Below are positions 17,701-22,715 of a DNA stretch of 22,715 bases, piece after piece; the first letter of the stretch is position 1, and the number at the start of each line of letters is the position of its first letter. Source of the DNA: Chthoniobacteraceae bacterium (GTDB lineage Bacteria > Verrucomicrobiota > Verrucomicrobiia > Chthoniobacterales > Chthoniobacteraceae); the NCBI GenBank assembly GCA_031409655.1, contig JANNXQ010000082.1:1-22715 (forward strand), written 5' to 3'. Below the pieces are notes generated by a model. The model was not told the origin of the DNA and searched no databases. It saw nothing but the letters and a program-made list of their open reading frames with translations. The position numbers and the translations under genes are program-made.

Positions 17701-18618
17701 GAAGTCTCGCGTGCCACCGGTGGCCACCGCGAGCGAGCGCGGATGCGTGGTGATCACCGGCATTCCAGGGCGGCCCACGGTGAAATCGTTGATCGTCACA
17801 TTGTCGATGCCGGTCGTCGTGGCCGGATCGCTCGTGCCTTGTTCGTCTTCCTTGCAGATGTGCCAGGCGAGCCAGACTTCATCGCCGGGATTCAGTGCGA
17901 GGTCCTTCAAGGTGAAAACCAGCTCGTTGGTGCGGGCCGTCGTGGAAGTCGGGGCGATGTCCTTCACCACGCAGTTCCAGCCCGTCGTGCTCGAAATCCT
18001 GCGTCCGTATTCCGTGCGCATGGATTCGTCGAAGGTGCCATTGAAAGGGTTCAGGTAGCGGTGGGTCTCGATGAAGTTGGTCGAGATGGTCCCGCTTCCG
18101 GCGGTGAAGACCTTGTAGGCGAATGCGACCGCGTCCTTGTTTGAAGTTGAAGTCGCAACGGTGTCGTAGGCCACTTTCATCCCGGTGAGCACGCCGCCCG
18201 TGGAGTTCTTCATGCGGAGCACCACGTTCACCGACTGGCTGGAGAAGATATTCGAGCTACCCGAGGCAAACGCACTCGGCGTCCCGCCCAGCGCGCGTCC
18301 CGTCGAGCCACTGCTCCCGAGGCTGTTCAGCGTCGCACTCCCGCCGACGGAGCCCGTGTTCACGGCGCTGATCGTGCCGATGCCCGTCGCCACCATGTTA
18401 TTGGTGGACACCTGTCCGGTGGTCAGATTCGCATACCAGCCTTTGAGGGTCGTGTTATCCACCCAACTCACCGATCCACTCACCGGCAGCGTGTTGAAGT
18501 TCTGGACGTAAGTCTCGCCCAACGCCACCTCGTCCGTGGCCGGAGTGGAGGTCACGATCTTGATCTGCGCCTGCGCGGTGGCGGCGAGGGCGAGCAGCAG
18601 CAGGGTGAGACGTTTCAT
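14773..18618 (-). CDS. Large secreted multidomain protein with central alpha/beta-hydrolase (esterase) domain and Ig-like/cadherin-like repeats
   Basis: Signal peptide MKRLTLLLLALAATAQA. Two Ig-like repeats (YQWRKDGVNISGATS; FQWRKDGANISGATS). Hydrolase motifs HGGG, GFSWG, HGSADDDV, GGEHSF. Cadherin-like repeats (PVAVND..NVLTNDSDSDG..FTYTITDG; SPTVSDI..TITVTVSDG). C-terminal DGVVNLAEWAFGLNP..FFRV. Confidence 0.88.
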   Translation of the reverse strand: MKRLTLLLLALAATAQAQIKIVTSTPATDEVALGETYVQNFNTLPVSGSVSWVDNTTLKGWYANLTTGQVSTNNMVATGIGTISAVNTGSVGGSATLNSLGSSGSTGRALGGTPSAFASGSSNIFSSQSVNVVLRMKNSTGGVLTGMKVAYDTVATSTSNKDAVAFAYKVFTAGSGTISTNFIETHRYLNPFNGTFDESMRTEYGRRISSTTGWNCVVKDIAPTSTTARTNELVFTLKDLALNPGDEVWLAWHICKEDEQGTSDPATTTGIDNVTINDFTVGRPGMPVITTHPRSLAVATGGTRDFTLSVGAKGSASLTYQWRKDGVNISGATSATYTATNVNSTAEGNYDVVVSTAGGSVTSLPAKVNIYARATVTNVNDVSFASYSTGISQLEAASGGTLGDLYYPSTLTPSSPDVPAVIVIHGGGGNNGDKQDTREVEAAQELAARGWFVIAINYAMSSSTVQCWPYNVWDAKQAVRWLKQKADAGTYAIDKNKIGVVGFSWGCNMGSMLAMTGPADDVGVTSSSLKVEPPDRGNSYDTYSTAVQCSAVFYGAADLPNYHQMNQFLDFTAWNNRTLYRRASPIRYPNPNAAPMMVVHGSADDDVWQSQTESTYQMQRSVGAELENYLQVPGGEHSFGLYDTSRVAAGFPNPIDVRPETIGFLEKYLVDTTRRPAINQEPVSAIANEGATVTFSVQAAGTPAPTFQWRKDGANISGATSATNAVAASSLAAGYYDVVVTNSVGSLLSTAARLTATGGGGTNVPPVAVNDTATTTPAIAVMVNVLTNDSDSDGGTLAVQSVTQGANGGVTNTGTTVTYTPNVGFTGSDSFTYTITDGQGGTDTATVNVTVTAGSTTSVSVSAAATVDSGQPTTDIDEATQGYVATKYNAALTSARKSYFQFDVSALSVNSSGTATFTINFTNSFLQNVQFWALNQSYTDFTSAITWNTAQANDTASNGMLGGATAIGVPVLIPTAYPNAYSFSIPNIASYVQGGRVTLVLTGVTHASNISSGGRFNRTNATLLIPVTGPTNTSPTVSDIPSQSINVNSATNAEAFTVADVETSAAALTVSGTSSDQTLVPNTNITMGGSGASRTVTVTPATNQYGTCTITVTVSDGSVSASDTFTLTVNASPRQIWWIANLGTTDYYGNAAANSDLEPDGVVNLAEWAFGLNPNVNDGGAIVVSGNAISPRGTPFVTIANTAFGVDFCALFGRRKEYGAAGLIYTVEFSADMSVGRWEVSTAIPTVVASDAEMDAVTVPYPFFLQSGAKAQFFRVSITAP

Positions 18619-18660
18619 TCGGAGGGATCTGGATAATCAGGCAGCAACGCGACGCGGTGG

Positions 18661-18696
18661 TATTGCTTCATGCGCGGCGGGGGGGGATTTTTAACA
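18661..18696 (-). promoter_or_regulatory. Putative ECF sigma promoter for the secreted esterase gene
   Basis: Minus strand TGTTAAAAATCCCCCCCCGCCGCGCATGAAGCAATA aligns ungapped with the motif at 18747-18782. Confidence 0.65.
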
Positions 18697-18746
18697 ACGG
18701 GCGCCAAAATCTTTCCGCGGGCGGGGAGCGGAAGCGTCCTTTCGGG

Positions 18747-18782
18747 TGTTAAAGTTCACGCCCTTCCGCGCATGTAGCATTA
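18747..18782 (+). promoter_or_regulatory. Putative autoregulatory ECF sigma promoter
   Basis: TGTTAAAGTTCACGCCCTTCCGCGCATGTAGCATTA ends 9 nt before the sigma ATG and is 28/36 identical to the divergent copy. Confidence 0.65.
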
Positions 18783-18791
18783 AGTCCGGTC

Positions 18792-19334
18792 ATGCTCCCG
18801 CAACCCACACCCCACGAACACACCGCCCGCGTGCAGGCGCTCTTCGTCCGCCATGCGGCGGCGCTGCGCGGGTTCGTGGCGTCGCTCGTTGCGGATTTTT
18901 CGACGGTCGATGATGTCATGCACGAGACCTTCGTCACGGTCACGGAGAAGGCGGCGCAGTTTGAGCTGGGGACGAATTTTCCCGCGTGGGCGAAGCGGGT
19001 CGCGCGGTTCAAGGTGATCGAGTCGCGGCGCGCGCACTGGCGCGAGGTGCCGGGGCTTTCCGAGGAAGCACTCGAAGCTCTGTGCGTCGCGGAGCCGGAG
19101 GAGGACGCCGCGCCACTCGAAGGCCGGCTCGCTGCGCTCACGAGCTGCATCGAGGCGCTGCCGGCGCAGACGCGCCGCGCGGTGGAACTGCGCTACCAGC
19201 AGGCGCACAGCGTGCCGGAGACGGCGGGCCTGCTCGGCTGGACGGTCGGCAGTCTTTACGTGATCCTCTGCCGCGCGCGCACCGTCTTGCGCGAATGCGT
19301 GGAACGAAAACTCGCGGACGCCATCGGATCATGA
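18792..19334 (+). CDS. ECF-type RNA polymerase sigma-70 factor (Rhodopirellula/Verrucomicrobium type)
   Basis: Region 2 VDDVMHETF..FELGTNFPAWAKRVARFKV; region 4 CIEALP..VELRY..ETAGLLG..LYVILCRARTVLRECVE. Confidence 0.93.
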   Translation: MLPQPTPHEHTARVQALFVRHAAALRGFVASLVADFSTVDDVMHETFVTVTEKAAQFELGTNFPAWAKRVARFKVIESRRAHWREVPGLSEEALEALCVAEPEEDAAPLEGRLAALTSCIEALPAQTRRAVELRYQQAHSVPETAGLLGWTVGSLYVILCRARTVLRECVERKLADAIGS

Positions 19335-21007
19335 ACGACGAACGGCTCGACCTGCTCATCCAGTGCCATCTCGATGGCGCGCTCACTCCGGAAGAGGCAG
19401 CGGAATTCAACGCGTTGATCCTCTCCTCGCCCGCGGCGCGCCGCCGGTTCTGGGAACTCGCGCGTTTCCACGGGCTGCTGCGCGAGTGGGGCTCGGCTTC
19501 GTGGGGGAAGGAGACCGCGAGTGCGGAAGCGGCGCGCATCGTGGAATTTCCCGCGTCACCGCGGAGGCCGTGGTTGCGCGCGGTGCTCGCTGCCGCCGCG
19601 GTGATCGTCGTGGGATTGGTCGCGTGGCTTGCGATGCAGCCATCGCGCCCGACCTCACGGCAAGTCGCCGCGACCGCGGAGATCGAAGATACCTTCGACG
19701 AGTCCGCCGAGATCGAAAGCAGCGGCCCGCCTGCCAGCGCACCTTCGGGTCCGGCGGTCGCCGTGTTGACCCGCACGGCGGGCGTCGCATGGAGCGCGGG
19801 GCAGCCCGCGCGCACCCCAGGCGCGGTGCTGGCCCCAGGGTGGCTGAAGCTCGAGCGCGGCGTGGTGCAGATCGAATTCAACTGCGGCGCGCACGTGATT
19901 CTGGAAGGTCCGGCGGAGTTTGAGATCGTCTCGGACTTCGAGGCGCGATGCCGCTTCGGACGCCTCAGCGCGAACGTGCCGGAGCAGGCGCACGGCTTCA
20001 AAGTCATCACCCCCGGCATGACGGTGCTCGATCTCGGCACCGCCTTTGCCTGCAATGTCCCGCGCACCGGTCTCGCGGATGTGCATGTGCTCGAAGGTCG
20101 CGTCTCGCTCTGGACGCAGAGCGTCGCGGGCACGGAGTGGACCCAGGGCCAGGCCGCGCGGGAGCGCGACGGAAAACTCGAGCCGATCGCCTTCCAGCCG
20201 CAGAGCTTCGTGACGCCGCAGCAGCTCGCGCGGCAGTCCGATACCGAGGCAAAGCGCCGCCACGCCGCCTGGAAGGAAGCGGTCCGCGCGCTCGACCGCG
20301 ACCCGGCGACGCTCGTGCATTACACCTTCGACGATCAGAACGCGTGGGACGGCGTGCTCGTGAATCGCGCCGTGGAAGCCGATCCCGGCACGCAAGGCGG
20401 CATCGTCGGCGCCGCGTGGGCGGAAGGCCGCTGGCCGGGCAAAGGCGCGCTGGAATTCAAGGGCGCGAGTGATCGCGTGCGGCTGCGCGTGCCGGGCGAA
20501 TATCGCGCGCTCACTTATCTCGCCTGGGTCCGCACCGACGGTCTGCCCAATGCCGCGAACTCCCTGCTCGCCGCCGTGCAGAGCGGACTCGGCGCGGCGG
20601 ATTGGGACCTCACCGGCGAGGGCGGGTTGGCGTTCCGCGTGCGGGCGGCGACCGGCAAGGCGCCGGTTCACTTCTACGGCGGCGTGAGTTCGAATGCGCT
20701 CACGCCGCGCAATCGCGGCCAGTGGCTGCATCTCTCAACGGTCTATGACGTGGATGCAGGGAGCATCACGCACTACGTGGAAGGGCAGCCGGTCGGCACG
20801 CTGCTGCCGAAGAAAGTCGTGCCCGTGACGCTCGCGGAACTCGAACTCGGCAACTGGGCGCTCTCATCTGCGGCGCGGAAATACTGGCCCGCCTCGCGTC
20901 CCATCCCGCAGCGGAATTTCGTCGGCCGCATCGACGAACTCGCGATTCTCGCGCGGGCGATGACGCGCGAAGAGATCGCGCGGCACTACGAAATCGGAAA
21001 GCCATGA
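19331..21007 (+). CDS. FecR-like transmembrane anti-sigma factor with C-terminal LamG/concanavalin-like domain
   Basis: ATGA overlap with the sigma gene. N-terminal helical domain (LIQCHLDGALTPEE), one TM helix (LAAAAVIVVGLVAWL), FecR motifs (LERGVVQIEF..VILEGPA, VLDLGTAF, VHVLEGRV), LamG motifs (LVHYTFD, GRWPGKGALEF, WLHLSTVYD, FVGRIDELAI). Confidence 0.88.
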   Translation: MNDERLDLLIQCHLDGALTPEEAAEFNALILSSPAARRRFWELARFHGLLREWGSASWGKETASAEAARIVEFPASPRRPWLRAVLAAAAVIVVGLVAWLAMQPSRPTSRQVAATAEIEDTFDESAEIESSGPPASAPSGPAVAVLTRTAGVAWSAGQPARTPGAVLAPGWLKLERGVVQIEFNCGAHVILEGPAEFEIVSDFEARCRFGRLSANVPEQAHGFKVITPGMTVLDLGTAFACNVPRTGLADVHVLEGRVSLWTQSVAGTEWTQGQAARERDGKLEPIAFQPQSFVTPQQLARQSDTEAKRRHAAWKEAVRALDRDPATLVHYTFDDQNAWDGVLVNRAVEADPGTQGGIVGAAWAEGRWPGKGALEFKGASDRVRLRVPGEYRALTYLAWVRTDGLPNAANSLLAAVQSGLGAADWDLTGEGGLAFRVRAATGKAPVHFYGGVSSNALTPRNRGQWLHLSTVYDVDAGSITHYVEGQPVGTLLPKKVVPVTLAELELGNWALSSAARKYWPASRPIPQRNFVGRIDELAILARAMTREEIARHYEIGKP

Positions 21008-22425
21008 CCCTCGACACTTCCTTTTCCCGCCGCGACTTCCTGCGGCTCGCCGCGTTGTCCGGTGCCGCCCTCATTCTGCCGAACGGGTCGCCTGCGGCTA
21101 GCGAGCGCACCATCGAAGCCGCGGTAAAACCGAACGAACCGTGGAAGAAATTCGCGACACGCACGCTCGACGATCTGCCGAAGCTCGCGCCGGACACGGG
21201 GCTGGATCGCTTCGGAGGTTCGCTCGCGCGGCGCGGGAAAAAGACCGGCTTCTTTCACCCGGAGAAGATCGGCGATCGCTGGTGGCTGATCACGCCGGAC
21301 GGCGGCGCCTTTCTGCACCGTGGCGTCGTCTCCGTGCGCAAGACGCGCACCGCGGAGGGCGACGCGGCTTTGCGCGAAAAATTCGGCAGCGCCGCGAAGT
21401 GGGCGGCAGCCACGCAGGACTTGCTGGTCGAGGCCGGATTCAACGGCGTCGGCTCGTGGTCGGACCTCGAACTCTTCGGCGCCGTGGAGCCGCGCCGGCT
21501 CGTGACGACGAAGCTGTGGAGCTTCATGTCGAGCTTTGGAAAGAAACGCGGCGTCACCTTTCAACAACCGGGACACACCGGCTATCGCGGCGATGCGATC
21601 CCGGTCTTCGATCCCGAGTGGGAGCCCTTCTGCCGCGAGTATGCGCGGCAGCTCGCGCCGATGCGCGACGATCCCTGGCTGCTCGGACATTTCTCCGACA
21701 ATGAAATGCCGCTCACCCGCGCCGCGCTCCGCGACTTCCTCGCGCTGCCCAAGGACAACGCGGGGCAGCGGGCGGCGATGGAGTTCCTTGCGCAGCGGCA
21801 CGGCGCGAATGCCGGAGCGAGTGACATCACCGAAACCGACGAGCAGGATTTCCTCGCACTCGTCGTCGAGCGCTACTGCCGCGCGGTCGCGGCGGCGATC
21901 CGCGAGCACGACCCGAATCACCTCTATCTCGGCGCGCGTTTTCACTCCGACAAAAACGGCGACACCCTCGGCTTCCCGGAAGTCTTCCGCGCCGCCGGTC
22001 CGCACCTCGATGTGGTCAGCGTGAACTACTACCGCGCCTGGACGCCCAGCGCGAAGAAGCTCGCGATGTGGGAACGCGAGTCAGGCAAGCCCAGCATGAT
22101 CACCGAGTGGTATGCGAAGGCGCTCGACAGCGGCATGGCGAACACCGGCGGCGCCGGCTGGCTCGTGCGCACGCAGGCAGAGCGCGGACTCTTCTACCAG
22201 CACTTCGCGCTCGCGCTGCTCGAGGCGCGGACCTGCGTCGGCTGGCATTGGTTCAAATACAGCGACAACGATCCCGCGGACAAAGGCGCCGACCCCTCGA
22301 ATCGCGACAGCAACAAGGGCATCGTCAACGCCCGCTACGAACCCTACGCGCCGCTCCTCGCCGCGATGAAGCCGCTCAACGAACGCGCCTTTGCGCTCGC
22401 CGACTATTTCGACCGCCAACCCTGA
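21004..22425 (+). CDS. Tat-exported clan GH-A glycoside hydrolase (agarase-like, GH50-related)
   Basis: Tat motif SRRDFLR. TGFFH-EK..RWWLITPDG, GFNGVGSWS, DPWLLGHFSDNE (candidate acid/base), DPNHLYLGARF, DVVSVNYY, KPSMITEW (candidate nucleophile), CVGWHWFKY-D. Confidence 0.8.
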   Translation: MTLDTSFSRRDFLRLAALSGAALILPNGSPAASERTIEAAVKPNEPWKKFATRTLDDLPKLAPDTGLDRFGGSLARRGKKTGFFHPEKIGDRWWLITPDGGAFLHRGVVSVRKTRTAEGDAALREKFGSAAKWAAATQDLLVEAGFNGVGSWSDLELFGAVEPRRLVTTKLWSFMSSFGKKRGVTFQQPGHTGYRGDAIPVFDPEWEPFCREYARQLAPMRDDPWLLGHFSDNEMPLTRAALRDFLALPKDNAGQRAAMEFLAQRHGANAGASDITETDEQDFLALVVERYCRAVAAAIREHDPNHLYLGARFHSDKNGDTLGFPEVFRAAGPHLDVVSVNYYRAWTPSAKKLAMWERESGKPSMITEWYAKALDSGMANTGGAGWLVRTQAERGLFYQHFALALLEARTCVGWHWFKYSDNDPADKGADPSNRDSNKGIVNARYEPYAPLLAAMKPLNERAFALADYFDRQP

Positions 22426-22715
22426 TGAACAAACCCGCCCTCGCCTTTCTCGCCCTCTTCGCTTCCGCCACCCTCGCCGCAGATAAGCCCACGCCCGATC
22501 CGCGGCTCGCGATCCCGGACGACGTGCGCGTCGAGCGCGACGTGGCGTATCTCCCGTCGAATCGGAAAGACAAGGCCGACCTCTACTTCCCGAAGAACGC
22601 GCACGCGGAAAAGAAACTCGCCGCGGTGATCGTCATCCACGGCGGCGGCTTCAACGACGGCGACAAAGGCCGCGCGCGCGAGGTGAACATCTGCACGAAC
22701 CTCGCCCAAGCCGGC
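22425..22715 (+). CDS. Secreted alpha/beta hydrolase (Aes/BD-FAE-like esterase), 3'-truncated
   Basis: TGATG overlap with the upstream stop. Translates MNKPALAFLALFASATLAADKPTPDPRLAIPDDVRVERDVAYLPSNRKDKADLYFPKNAHAEKKLAAVIVIHGGGFNDGDKGRAREVNICTNLAQAG; not in the supplied ORF track. Confidence 0.85.
   Translation, partial: MNKPALAFLALFASATLAADKPTPDPRLAIPDDVRVERDVAYLPSNRKDKADLYFPKNAHAEKKLAAVIVIHGGGFNDGDKGRAREVNICTNLAQAG

Noticed and set aside
18986..19330. Extended start of the anti-sigma ORF; likewise 3325 for permease 1 and 12502 for trpS
   Set aside because: These overlap upstream genes. ATGA-coupled or homology-consistent starts exist at 19331, 3481 and 12322.

Overview
This high-GC bacterial window has a gene content typical of Verrucomicrobiota (probably Chthoniobacter/Spartobacteria-like; inferred from protein families, not a database search). 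From left to right: a 5'-truncated PVC-type beta-propeller/cytochrome c protein; a translationally coupled three-gene ABC system (ATPase plus two paralogous permease-gluzincin fusions, one with an intact HExxH..E site and one apparently degenerate); a 70-aa helical orphan; a heptamer-repeat hairpin; standalone coaB; a REP-like palindrome; a shortened uvrC lacking the Cys cluster; a PIN/TRAM (YacL-like) gene; a PUR-family protein; trpS; a membrane-anchored protein with a GspG-like C-terminus; and a secreted metzincin. The right end is a divergent locus. A 1281-aa secreted multidomain esterase faces an operon of ECF sigma, FecR-LamG anti-sigma, Tat-exported GH-A glycosidase and a second esterase (3'-truncated). 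Two divergent 36-bp motifs (28/36 identical) in that intergenic region look like twin promoters for the ECF sigma. No rRNA, tRNA, CRISPR array or transposase was recognised.
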